A program made the position numbers and the translations under genes. Shown here one piece after another: positions 8,892 to 18,194 of a stretch of 32,000 bases of DNA. How positions within the stretch are numbered: position 1 is the first letter of the stretch; the number at the start of each line of letters is the position of its first letter. This DNA comes from Candidatus Multivoradales bacterium (GTDB lineage Bacteria; Acidobacteriota; Thermoanaerobaculia; Multivoradales; JAHEKO01): the NCBI GenBank assembly GCA_965223155.1, contig CBDCVR010000014.1, positions 4,575 to 36,574 on the forward strand. Direction: 5' to 3'. The notes under the pieces are model-generated. The model saw only the letters and a list, made by a program, of their open reading frames with translations. It was not told the origin of the DNA and ran no database searches.

Positions 8892-10346
8892 TTACGGCAA
8901 TGTTGCCGCCGGCGGGGGTACGACGTTGGTGAGGTCGAACAGCCAGACCGCATCGCCAAAGCCCTCGGGCACGTTCGCCAGGTTGGTGCTATCCGGATGT
9001 TGCACCGCCAGGGCGAACTCATTCGGTTTGGCGGGATTGAAGATCATGCCGGTCGATTCGGCGCCATCCGCTTGCAGGCTCATAAAGTGATCGAGAGACT
9101 CGGCCACCCCGTCATTATCGACGTCGCGGACAAACCAGATGTCGCCGCCGACATCCGAACTGTTCGGGGCATCCTCGATAATATAGATGTTGCCATTGGC
9201 CTGCAGGGCGAGGTTGTCAGGGGAGTTGAGGACGCCGGTGGTGCTGGGGAAGCCCAGGTTCTTCGGCGTATCGGCGTTGGCCAAGATGCCTACGATGGCT
9301 TTTTGCCGATTGATGATCTCGACGGAGTAAATGGTATTTTCGGAGGTCATCGCAATGTAGAGGACTTCATGGCCATTAGCCAATCTGCTGACGACCATAT
9401 CCTCTGGGCGGCCATACGGCGTGCCGCCCATTTCGTCGGCGGAGACCCGCCCGCCGCGCGTGTCATCATTGACACGTGGATCGTTGGTCGGACCATTGCG
9501 GTGCGGATCCGTAGGCGTCCGCGACCGGCCCGATCGCCACGTGATCCGCTTCCAAGTTGCGGGGCCCGTGCGAATCGCATTTTCATTCGACGGATCGTTC
9601 CAGAGGTCCGCTGGCTCACCGTCAAAGGCGTCGACGCTCAGCACAAACGTCACCCCCTCTGTGTAGTCGCCAGCCTTGTTCATGACAAATTTGTAGATCG
9701 AGCCTGAGTTCCACTCGTCAATGTAATAAATGGCCCGCGGATCCCGCTTGCTGAAGTTGATGCCTTCATGCGCCACATTGGCGATGCTATCCAATTCCCG
9801 AATTTCAATATCAGCAGGGTCAGCCATCGGATTCATCACTTCGATAATCCGGCCTTCCGCCGTCCATTCTTCACCCAAGAAGAGCGTGCCGTTGGGAGTG
9901 AAGCGCGCCGGGTCGAAGGCGCCGTAGTCGTTGGACCAGTCCCCCACAGCGCCGTTTTCGTCGCCTTTAAAGAGCATCACGGTGGTGCGATTGGCGATAT
10001 CGTGCCGCGAGGCGCCCGCGCCAAATGGGGTTTCATGCGGGATGAATAAGTAGTTGCCGGTGGGATCATAGGCGAGCATATCAAACATCGACGATGAGTT
10101 GCCCGCATCCACCCGGAGAATGGATTGGCTGGCGTCAGCCTCAACTTCCGCTAAACTGAGCAAGTTTTCCTGGGTCAATCCAGGGGGCGTTTGCCAGGGC
10201 GAGTGGAGTTCGTTGATGTGGTTGGGCGACGCAACCGCGGATGATTGCGTCAAGGGGTTGAAAAAGATGTCCGTTCCGGCCATGGCGGCCGGCGCGCAAG
10301 CGAGCGCGATTGCGGCGGCTAAGCCGCCAAGCATAGACGTACGCAT
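8892..10346 (-). CDS. PhoX/DUF839-like secreted phosphatase-family protein
   Basis: Signal peptide MRTSMLGGLAAAIALACAPAAMAG; PTGNYLFIPHET, FTPNGTLFLGEEW, HEGINFSKRDPRAIYYIDEWNSGSIYKFV, LASPDNLALQANGNIYIIED-like pattern, and C-terminal NPAKPNEFALAVQHP. Confidence 0.75.
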   Translation of the reverse strand: MRTSMLGGLAAAIALACAPAAMAGTDIFFNPLTQSSAVASPNHINELHSPWQTPPGLTQENLLSLAEVEADASQSILRVDAGNSSSMFDMLAYDPTGNYLFIPHETPFGAGASRHDIANRTTVMLFKGDENGAVGDWSNDYGAFDPARFTPNGTLFLGEEWTAEGRIIEVMNPMADPADIEIRELDSIANVAHEGINFSKRDPRAIYYIDEWNSGSIYKFVMNKAGDYTEGVTFVLSVDAFDGEPADLWNDPSNENAIRTGPATWKRITWRSGRSRTPTDPHRNGPTNDPRVNDDTRGGRVSADEMGGTPYGRPEDMVVSRLANGHEVLYIAMTSENTIYSVEIINRQKAIVGILANADTPKNLGFPSTTGVLNSPDNLALQANGNIYIIEDAPNSSDVGGDIWFVRDVDNDGVAESLDHFMSLQADGAESTGMIFNPAKPNEFALAVQHPDSTNLANVPEGFGDAVWLFDLTNVVPPPAATLP

Positions 10347-10476
10347 ACTGGGAGTCCTTCATACCACGTAACCATGGGAGCCATATCCTCGGAAGGATGT
10401 TCAAAAGGGATGAGAGACTCTAAAAAATATTAATTAAGAATATGTCAAGAAATAAATAGAACAATATGAATAAAAC

Positions 10477-10498
10477 GTTAATATTAAGTGAAGTTAAG
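10477..10498 (-). promoter_or_regulatory. Candidate direct-repeat regulatory site upstream of the PhoX-like gene (CTTAACTTCACTTAATATTAACG on the minus strand)
   Basis: TTAAC/TTAAT/TTAAC spaced pattern in an AT-rich island; a TTGACA-like -35 lies at 10443-10448 on the minus strand. Confidence 0.25.
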
Positions 10499-10773
10499 AT
10501 ACCATATAGAGCTGGTTAGCATTGTATTAACACAAGACAATATGAGACTTGTTTCCAGTATAGAGTATGGATGATTTACAAAAGGGTTAGGGCTTTGATA
10601 CGGCGGATTTGATAGACGCCAAGGCGCTTCTAACACATTATTCTCCCTCCTCTTAACCTTACTGATCAAATCTTCACGAATTTATAACCGAAAAAAAACA
10701 TCGCTATCGTACCATCTCATCAGGCGAAGACGGTTACCTGCCATCGCATAAGCGGAATAGAAGTCAAGCCCTG

Positions 10774-11988
10774 ATGCACACATTATCCTCGATTGGACCT
10801 CAGCATAGCGAGGCGCTGCGGCGGCATTTCTGCATGGTCACCGAAACCTATGCGCCTGAAATCAATGGCGTAGCCTTGACGCTTGAGCGCCTGGCGACCG
10901 GTTTGATGGCGCGCGGACATGGCGTTTCCGTCGTCTGCCCGCGGCAACCGCAGATCGATCGCCCCAACACCGGCGGCAGCCCGCTGTTCACTCTGACGCG
11001 CGGTTTGCCGCTGCCGGGTTATCAGGGACTGCGCTTTGGCCTCCCGGCCGGGAAATTGCTGCGGAGCCAGTGGCGGCGGCGCCGTCCCGATGTGGTGTAT
11101 GTGGCGACGGAGGGACCACTGGGTTGGTCGGCGATGCAAACGGCGCGGCGGCTGCGCATTCCGGTCATCAGCGGCTTTCACACCAATTTCGATCGGTACG
11201 TCCAATACTATGGCGCGGGCTGTTTGCAAGGCATGATCGCCCGCTATCTGCGCGCCTTTCACAACCGCACCCTGCGCACCCTGACGCCGAGCGAAGATTT
11301 GCGCCAGCGGCTGCTCGGCCTGGGCGTCAAGGAGGCGCAGGTGCTGAGCCGCGGCGTGGACTGCCAGCGGTTTGATCCAGCGCGCCGCAGCGCTGAGCTG
11401 CGCGCCCGGTGGGGCGTCGCGACCTGCGACCTCGCGGCGCTCTACGTGGGGCGCGTGGCGCCGGAGAAAAATTTACAGCTCGCCGTCGACGCCTATCGCG
11501 CCATGCAACGCCATCCGGCAGCCGCTAAGTTAGTCATCGTCGGGGATGGGCCGCTGCGCAAAGCCTTGCAAAAAGCGCATCCCGATCTCATCTACTGCGG
11601 CGTGCAAACCGGCGAGGCGCTCGCCGAGCATTACGCCTCGGCCGACATCTTTCTCTTTCCCAGCGAAACGGAGACGTTTGGCAATGTGACGTTGGAGGCC
11701 ATGGCCAGCGGGCTGGCTGTCGTGGCCTATAACTATGCTGCGGCGCGGATGCACATCACCGACGGCGAAACGGGGGTGCTGGCGCCCTATGGCGACGCCC
11801 CCGCCTTTGTCGACGCTGCGGCGCGGCTGGCTCGCGATGAGGGGCTGCGTCAACAAACGCGCCGCCAGGCGCGCGCCTATGCGATGCAGATCGATTGGCA
11901 GCGCGTCGTCGAACACTTTGAAGGGTTGCTGACTGACGTCTTACCCGGCAAGGCGGCGCATGATCCGGCTCCATCTCTCACACGGTAA
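10774..11988 (+). CDS. GT4-family glycosyltransferase (MgtA/SqdX-like alpha-glycosyltransferase)
   Basis: TETYAPEINGVALTLERLATGL, FHTNFDRYVQYY, LSRGVDCQRFDP, ALYVGRVAPEKNLQLAVDA, FLFPSETETFGNVTLEAMASGLAVVAYNYAA. Confidence 0.88.
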   Translation: MHTLSSIGPQHSEALRRHFCMVTETYAPEINGVALTLERLATGLMARGHGVSVVCPRQPQIDRPNTGGSPLFTLTRGLPLPGYQGLRFGLPAGKLLRSQWRRRRPDVVYVATEGPLGWSAMQTARRLRIPVISGFHTNFDRYVQYYGAGCLQGMIARYLRAFHNRTLRTLTPSEDLRQRLLGLGVKEAQVLSRGVDCQRFDPARRSAELRARWGVATCDLAALYVGRVAPEKNLQLAVDAYRAMQRHPAAAKLVIVGDGPLRKALQKAHPDLIYCGVQTGEALAEHYASADIFLFPSETETFGNVTLEAMASGLAVVAYNYAAARMHITDGETGVLAPYGDAPAFVDAAARLARDEGLRQQTRRQARAYAMQIDWQRVVEHFEGLLTDVLPGKAAHDPAPSLTR

Positions 11989-12005
11989 CGCAGACAGGAG
12001 GACAT

Positions 12006-14315
12006 ATGTTCGTAGGCGAAGCTCTATCCAGATGGACGGCGTGTCTTGGCATGAACTCGGCGGCGTCTTGCGCCTGGGGCGCAGCGGATGTCTGGCTATT
12101 GCTGTTGCTGACGCTCCTGGCTGCCGTCGCGATGGCGGCCGGCCGCAGGCTCACCGTGACGCTGCTGACGATGCGGGCCGTGGCCTTCGCACCCACGCTG
12201 TCGCGGCGCCTGGCGCGATGGGTCCAATCGCACGCCTATTCCGAAGACGCCTTTTTCGCCGCTGATGGCGCGGAAGGCCCCTGGATTGTGAGGCGCCAAC
12301 AGGCCCTCGAACGCCTGGCCAACCATTTTCAGGCGCAGGGCGTCAAGTCGAGAGCCTGGGGCGACCACATTCGCGAGAGCTTCTCCGACTTGCGTTTTAC
12401 CGACGCCAACCGCGTGCCCTTCCCTTTTATGAAGGTGATGCGCGACAAATTTAGCCTGTGCTCGGTGGTGACGGCATCAGACGGACCGAAATTGCGCGAC
12501 CTCGATGACCAGTGGACCCTGGACGTCAGCGGCTCCTACGGCGTCAACGTGGCCGGTTACGACCGCTACAAGGCCTGGATGCAACGGGGCTGGGAACGCG
12601 TCAAAGCGCTAGGGCCGGTGCTGGGGCCCCTGCACCCCGTGGTGGCCGAGAACATCGACATCCTCAAATCCATCTCCAAGCTCGATGAAGTGTCCTTCCA
12701 CATGAGCGGCACCGAGGCGGTAATGGCCGCTGTGCGCCTGGCCCGTTTTAATACCCGCCGCAAGCTGGTCGTGTGCTTTTCAGGCGCCTATCACGGCTGG
12801 TGGGACGGCGTGCAACCCGGCCTGGGCAGCGAGCGGGAGATCAGCGATTGCCTGACCCTCAAGGACTTGCATCCGGCCTCGCTCGACGTCATTCGCTTGC
12901 GCGCCAAAGACATCGCCGGGGTGTTGGTCAACCCCGTGCAGTCGTTCCACCCCAATTCGCCGCCGCCCAGCGATGCGGTGCTGCTCACCAGCAACATGCG
13001 CCAAACCCAGGACGCCAATGCGCGCTATGGGCAGTGGCTCAAAGAGTTGCGCGAGGTGTGCCGGGCGTGCGACATCCCGCTGGTTTTCGACGAGGTCTAC
13101 TCCGGTTTTCGCCTTGCCCCAGGCGGCGCGCAGGCCTATTTCGGCGTGCAGGCCGACATCGTCGTATACGGCAAAACCGTGGCCGGCGGCATGCCCATCG
13201 GTGTGGTCTGCGGCAAGAAAGACCTGATGCGGCGCTTTGATCCCGAGCGCCCTATGCGCATCGCCTATGTCATTGGCACCTTTTCCGCCCACCCGCTGGT
13301 GATGGGCGCGATGAACGAATTTTTGCGCTGGGTCACACAACCGGAAGCGGCCCAGCTCTACGACGACGCCAATACGCAATGCGCAGCGTGGGCGGGCGAA
13401 ACCAATGCGCAACTAGCGGCGGCCGACGCGCCGATTCGCATCGTCAATCTGGCCACGGTGTGGACGGTGCTCTTTAAGGCGCCGAGCCGCTATAACTGGT
13501 TGCTGCAATATTACTTGCGCGCCGAAGGCGTAGCGCTGAGCTGGGTGGGAACGGGCCGCTGCCTCAGCAGTTTAGACTTTACGCCAGAGGACTATCAAGA
13601 ATTACAAGGCAAATTTTTAAATGCCGCGCAACAAATGAAACGCGACGGCTGGTGGTTGAGTGAACAGGAGCAACCAGGAAGGGAGAAGAAAATGAAGTTT
13701 CGACTGATTTGGGAAATGCTTGGAAGTTTGGCGCCAGTCCCAAAACCTTTGCACAGTTTTTACGCTGAGGTCATGCGGCGTAAGCATGATGACCATGTCG
13801 CCTCTCACAGCCATGCCCTCAACCAATTTTTACATATTGTTAGTTCAAGCGTATTTATCTATTGTTACTTCTTACTGTTCACCAACCTAACCATGGCCGT
13901 TTGCTTTAGCTTGGCCGCGTTGTTTGTGCGGCAATTTGGCCACGCCATTGTCGAGCCGCCATGCCACGACAAAGAAGAGTTTCTCCTCGGGTTTAACACG
14001 CGCAACAAAACCCTGATCGTCGCCGGCTACCTCGCCATTCCCATCATCAACATGCTTGGTGCAGAGAGCTGGACATGGGCGGCCTTTATGGGTAAACTGC
14101 CGGCCATCGCGCAACAATGGTTTGGCTTGACGGCGCTGGTGGTGTTGGGGCGGGTGCTCTATCTGATCAAGGCCTACAACTTCCGATTATCGATGGTCTG
14201 GTTTGTCAAGCTGATCACCGATCCCTTTACCGATATCGTGGCCTACTCGCCCCGCTATCTCAACGCCTATCAGCTGCTATTGCCAATGTCTTTTCGCAAG
14301 GGTGGGCATAAATGA
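12006..14315 (+). CDS. Class-III PLP enzyme (glutamate-1-semialdehyde aminomutase-like) joined to a C-terminal Mpo1/DUF962-like membrane domain
   Basis: PLP part: SFHMSGTEAVMAAVRLAR, FSGAYHGWWDG, LVFDEVYSGFR, VYGKTVAGGMPIGVVCGKKDLM. C-terminal part: SHSHALNQFLHIVSSSVFIYCYF...RQFGHAIVEPPCHDKEEF, an HxxxNxxxH-type arrangement with several TM segments. RBS GGAGG upstream of ATG 12006. Confidence 0.72.
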   Translation: MFVGEALSRWTACLGMNSAASCAWGAADVWLLLLLTLLAAVAMAAGRRLTVTLLTMRAVAFAPTLSRRLARWVQSHAYSEDAFFAADGAEGPWIVRRQQALERLANHFQAQGVKSRAWGDHIRESFSDLRFTDANRVPFPFMKVMRDKFSLCSVVTASDGPKLRDLDDQWTLDVSGSYGVNVAGYDRYKAWMQRGWERVKALGPVLGPLHPVVAENIDILKSISKLDEVSFHMSGTEAVMAAVRLARFNTRRKLVVCFSGAYHGWWDGVQPGLGSEREISDCLTLKDLHPASLDVIRLRAKDIAGVLVNPVQSFHPNSPPPSDAVLLTSNMRQTQDANARYGQWLKELREVCRACDIPLVFDEVYSGFRLAPGGAQAYFGVQADIVVYGKTVAGGMPIGVVCGKKDLMRRFDPERPMRIAYVIGTFSAHPLVMGAMNEFLRWVTQPEAAQLYDDANTQCAAWAGETNAQLAAADAPIRIVNLATVWTVLFKAPSRYNWLLQYYLRAEGVALSWVGTGRCLSSLDFTPEDYQELQGKFLNAAQQMKRDGWWLSEQEQPGREKKMKFRLIWEMLGSLAPVPKPLHSFYAEVMRRKHDDHVASHSHALNQFLHIVSSSVFIYCYFLLFTNLTMAVCFSLAALFVRQFGHAIVEPPCHDKEEFLLGFNTRNKTLIVAGYLAIPIINMLGAESWTWAAFMGKLPAIAQQWFGLTALVVLGRVLYLIKAYNFRLSMVWFVKLITDPFTDIVAYSPRYLNAYQLLLPMSFRKGGHK

Positions 14316-14833
14316 GTTCTTTGAGTCTAGGCATTTCGGCGGTCCTGCTGAGTCTGGAACGGATCTGCTACGTCTGGGCCTGGCGCGCGCCCGATTCCTT
14401 TCGCAAATTTTGCGAGCATCGGGCCGTCGCCCCGTTTGGCGAGCCGACCCAGGTTCTACAGAAGCTCTTTTACGGGTTCAAAGCGATTCAGCTAACGGTG
14501 TTTTTCGGCTGGTGCTATTGGTACGGCGGCCACAGCGGCGAGGCCCTGTGGACGGCCATTGGCAGCGCTTTGATTCTCATCGGCCAGGCGCTCAATTTCT
14601 GCGTGTTTTATCGCCTGGGCCGAGTCGGCGTCTTTTACGGCGTTAAATTCGGCTACCATGTGCCCTGGTGTCGAAAATTCCCGTTTTCCCTGCTGCAACA
14701 TCCCCAATACGTCGGCGCCTTGGTCTCCATCTGGGGCTTTTTCTTGGCCATGCGCTTTCCGTATGAGGATTGGTTTATGCTGCCGACCCTCGAAACGGTG
14801 TACTACGCCGTGGCGACCCGTTTAGAGCGGTGA
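14312..14833 (+). CDS. Small 4-TM methyltransferase resembling phosphatidylethanolamine N-methyltransferase (PEMT/Opi3)
   Basis: 173 aa; RLGRVGVFYGVKFGYHVPWCRKFPFSLLQHPQYVGALVSIWGF matches the PEMT-type pattern; 4-nt ATGA overlap with the previous ORF. Confidence 0.65.
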   Translation: MSSLSLGISAVLLSLERICYVWAWRAPDSFRKFCEHRAVAPFGEPTQVLQKLFYGFKAIQLTVFFGWCYWYGGHSGEALWTAIGSALILIGQALNFCVFYRLGRVGVFYGVKFGYHVPWCRKFPFSLLQHPQYVGALVSIWGFFLAMRFPYEDWFMLPTLETVYYAVATRLER

Positions 14834-14834
14834 G

Positions 14835-16100
14835 CTACAGACATCCGTCTTCAGCCAACTGTTGTTGTTCCTCGGCCGACAGGCCGAGCAGCTCGCCAAA
14901 CACATAGGCGTTGTGTTGCCCCACCTGCGGGGCTGGTCCCCGGATCTGGGGCGGCGTCTCGCTGAGTTTCCAGGGGATGCTGTGCATGTATTCGACGCCG
15001 GTAAATGGGTGATCGATCTGCTCATGCGTGCGCCGCGCCTGCAGATGCGCATCCTCGCCGCGCCCCGCCACCGTGCGCAGGGGCATGGCCGCCAGACCCG
15101 CCGCCTGTAATTGCCGCGCCGCCGCCTCGACGTCTTGGGTTTGCGTCCACGCCGCAATCTCTGCTTCAAGCGCCTCGCGATGTTCTTGGCGCCCAGCCAG
15201 GGTCTCAAAACGCGGATCTTGCGCCAGTTGCGGTCGCCCCATGACGCGGCACAGCGACCGCCACTCCGCCTCCGAACGCGCCGCCAAGGCCAGCCAGACA
15301 TCATCGCCGCGGCATGGGAAATAGCCGTGCGGCGCCATCATCGGATGGGCATTGCCCTGCGGCCCCGGCGCGCGCTGGTTCATCGTGGCCTCGGCAAATC
15401 CCTCAGCCAGCAGCGTGGTGGTCGCCTCCCAGGCCGACAGGTCGATAAACTGCCCCTCGCCTGTGCGCTGCCGATGGAACAAAGCCAGCAACAGCGCGTA
15501 GACGCCGAACATGCCGGCGTTCCAGTCCGCGTAGGCAATATCGATGTGTTGGGGCTCGGCGTCGCCCTCAAAGCCGATAAGGCTGGCGAAACCGGAGAGA
15601 CCGTGCAGATTAAACGCATAGGCGCGGGTGTCGCGGTATGGTCCGTGCTGCCCGGCGACGCTAATCGACAGCATGATCAGATCCGGCCGCGCCTGCGTCA
15701 AGGCGTCATAGTGCAGATTGTACTTGGGCAGCACGTCGGGCGTAAAATTATCGACGACGATATCGCTGATCGCCGCCAGGCGGCGAATCAAGTCTGCGCC
15801 GCGCTCAGTGGTGAAATTGATCGTCACCCCAAGCTTGCCGCGGTTCACGGCGTGAAACCACGTATTGCACTCGCGCGCCTCGGTCCAGGGCTTGCCGCGC
15901 ATCGGATTGTACGGCCCCGGGCCATAACGCAGCAAATCCACCCGCTCCTGCGACTCGATTTTAATCACCTCGGCGCCGAAATCCGCCAACACGTGCCCCG
16001 GTATGGCGCCGGCCCAGGCCGTGCCGAAATCGAGCACGCGAATGCCTTTAAGCGCCCCGCTTTGTTTCAGCGCCTCCCATGACGGCGTCATCATCACCAC
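14835..16100 (-). CDS. Family III CoA-transferase (CaiB/BaiF type)
   Basis: GIRVLDFGTAWAGAIPGHVLADFGAEVIKIES, NRGKLGVTINFTTERG, DIVVDNFTPDVL, GQFIDLSAWEATTTLLAEG. Confidence 0.93.
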   Translation of the reverse strand: MVMMTPSWEALKQSGALKGIRVLDFGTAWAGAIPGHVLADFGAEVIKIESQERVDLLRYGPGPYNPMRGKPWTEARECNTWFHAVNRGKLGVTINFTTERGADLIRRLAAISDIVVDNFTPDVLPKYNLHYDALTQARPDLIMLSISVAGQHGPYRDTRAYAFNLHGLSGFASLIGFEGDAEPQHIDIAYADWNAGMFGVYALLLALFHRQRTGEGQFIDLSAWEATTTLLAEGFAEATMNQRAPGPQGNAHPMMAPHGYFPCRGDDVWLALAARSEAEWRSLCRVMGRPQLAQDPRFETLAGRQEHREALEAEIAAWTQTQDVEAAARQLQAAGLAAMPLRTVAGRGEDAHLQARRTHEQIDHPFTGVEYMHSIPWKLSETPPQIRGPAPQVGQHNAYVFGELLGLSAEEQQQLAEDGCL

Positions 16101-16578
16101 TCCCGGCTCCTCTCACGTCCACACCGCCAAGCCCATCGCCTCCAGGTTCTCTCGCGCCTATCTCTAGCGCAGGCTCGCCGTGAAGTCAAGCCCGCGGCGA
16201 GCGCCATGTGCTCCCCATACCATCACCTCATGCAACCACCCCACACAATCAACGGTTGACAAGGCGGCGGTTTCCCGAGACAATTGGCTGCAAGTGGCTC
16301 AATCTGTTAGAGATGCATCGCGGCGCGGTCCTGTTGTCCACGATGACGCCTGATCTGGCGCCAAGGGCGAACCCGACGCCACGGCGGGTGTCTTCTGACA
16401 ATAACTAAACAATTTAGCGGTATACTTATCATATATGATGGCCGTGACCCGGCAATCCATCGATCGCCAGGTCAAAACTGAAAACCTCATACCGATCATT
16501 GCCGCTTCGGGTTATTGCTTCATCATGTTACGATGATAGCATTATAAGTCAAAGTTTAGCGGCGAGGAGGTAGCCAGC

Positions 16579-18138
16579 TTGACAAACACGTTCAGATGCT
16601 CCGACGACGGTTTGGATGCGCTACTCGACGTCATGCCTCCGCACATTCGGGAGGCATTCGAAATCCACCCCCAACGCGAGGACCTGATCGAGATTATCCT
16701 CGACCTCGGACGCCCGCCCGAAGCCCGCACCCCAGGCAAGATGACCGCCTTGGCTCCCAATCCGGTGGAACGCGATGATATCGACCATGTGGTCAAGCGC
16801 ATCGGCGCCTTTGGCAAAGACAATCGCGCCGGCATTGAGCGCACGCTGCACCGCATCTCCGCCATCCGCAATCGCGTGGGAACGGTGATCGGCCTGACCT
16901 GCCGGGTCGGCCGGGCGGTGCGCGGCACGGTGGACATCTTGCGCGACGTGATCGAACTCGAGCGCTCGATTCTCTTGCTCGGGCGCCCCGGCGTGGGCAA
17001 AACCACGATTTTGCGCGAAGCGGCGCGCGTCTTGGCCGACGATCTCAACAAACGCGTGGTGATCGTGGACACTTCTAACGAGATCGCGGGCGACGGCGAC
17101 ATCCCACACCCCGGCATCGGCCGCGCCCGGCGCATGCAAGTGGCGACGCCGAGCGATCAGCACGCGGTGATGATCGAGGCGGTGGAAAATCACATGCCCG
17201 AGGTTATCGTCATTGACGAAATCGGCACCGAGGCCGAGGCCCTGGCGGCGCGCACCATTGCCGAGCGCGGCGTGCAGCTCATCGCCACGGCGCACGGCAA
17301 CGCCCTCGATAATTTGATGCAAAACCCGACGCTCTCCGACCTCGTCGGCGGCATTCAAGCGGTCACCCTGGGCGATGACGAGGCGCGGCGCCGCGGCACG
17401 CGCAAAACCGTGCTGGAGCGCAAGGCGCCGCCGACGTTTGAGGTGCTGGTGGAAATTCAGGAGCGCGACCGCCTGGCGGTGCACCACGATGTGGCGCACG
17501 TCGTCGACATGTCGCTGCGGGGCCTGCCCCTGCGGGCGGAGTTACGCTTACGCGATGAAGATGGCAAGGTGGAAATTCGCCAGGCGCCGGCGCCGGCGCC
17601 GGCCGAGACGCGCATGGCGCAGGTCACCGAGTTGCGGCCAGCGGCGGGGCCAAGGCTGCGCTTACCCAATCGCAAGACCTTGCGCATCTTTCCCTATGCG
17701 GTTAATCGCAGCCGTCTCGACCAGGCAATTCGCATCTGCCAGGCGTCGGTGCAAGTCGTCAACAATGTCGATGAAGCGGACATGATTTTGATGCTCAAAT
17801 CACACGAGCGACACCAGCCCAAGCGGCTGCAATTCGCCTTGTCGCAGGGCATGCCGTTACACGTGCTGCGCAACAACACCGTGACGCAAATTACCTACTT
17901 TCTGCGCTCTATTGCGGAGCAGCGCGAGCCTCAGCCCGAGCGCGACGCCGCGATGCGGGAAGTGGAACTGGCGGTGCGCGACGTGATGGAAAACCGTCGC
18001 CCGGTGGAACTGGCGCCGCAAAAAACCTCGGTGCGGCGCTTGCAACATCAGTTTGCCGAAGGCTACGGCTTAAACACGGAGAGCACCGGCTCGGAGCCGC
18101 GCCGCCGGGTGGTGATCTATCCAGCCGCGGGTGTATAG
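16579..18138 (+). CDS. AAA ATPase of the Ycf45/SpoIIIAA-like family (single-stranded nucleic-acid-binding R3H type)
   Basis: [92 protein letters not shown]. Confidence 0.87.
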   Translation: MTNTFRCSDDGLDALLDVMPPHIREAFEIHPQREDLIEIILDLGRPPEARTPGKMTALAPNPVERDDIDHVVKRIGAFGKDNRAGIERTLHRISAIRNRVGTVIGLTCRVGRAVRGTVDILRDVIELERSILLLGRPGVGKTTILREAARVLADDLNKRVVIVDTSNEIAGDGDIPHPGIGRARRMQVATPSDQHAVMIEAVENHMPEVIVIDEIGTEAEALAARTIAERGVQLIATAHGNALDNLMQNPTLSDLVGGIQAVTLGDDEARRRGTRKTVLERKAPPTFEVLVEIQERDRLAVHHDVAHVVDMSLRGLPLRAELRLRDEDGKVEIRQAPAPAPAETRMAQVTELRPAAGPRLRLPNRKTLRIFPYAVNRSRLDQAIRICQASVQVVNNVDEADMILMLKSHERHQPKRLQFALSQGMPLHVLRNNTVTQITYFLRSIAEQREPQPERDAAMREVELAVRDVMENRRPVELAPQKTSVRRLQHQFAEGYGLNTESTGSEPRRRVVIYPAAGV

Positions 18139-18166
18139 ACGGCATGCAAGAGACGGAGTGAGAAGG

Positions 18167-18194
18167 GCCCGATTGACGTGAACGTCAATCGGGC
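18167..18194. terminator. Bidirectional terminator-like hairpin between convergent genes
   Basis: Perfect 13-bp inverted repeat gcccgattgacgt-ga-acgtcaatcgggc; it includes the stop codon of the minus-strand LLM gene. Confidence 0.7.

Noticed and set aside
17580-17620. GCGCCGGCGCCGGCGCCGG run inside the AAA ATPase gene as a regulatory repeat
   Set aside because: Encodes an Ala-Pro linker (APAPAPAET) in a continuous ORF; ordinary low-complexity coding sequence.
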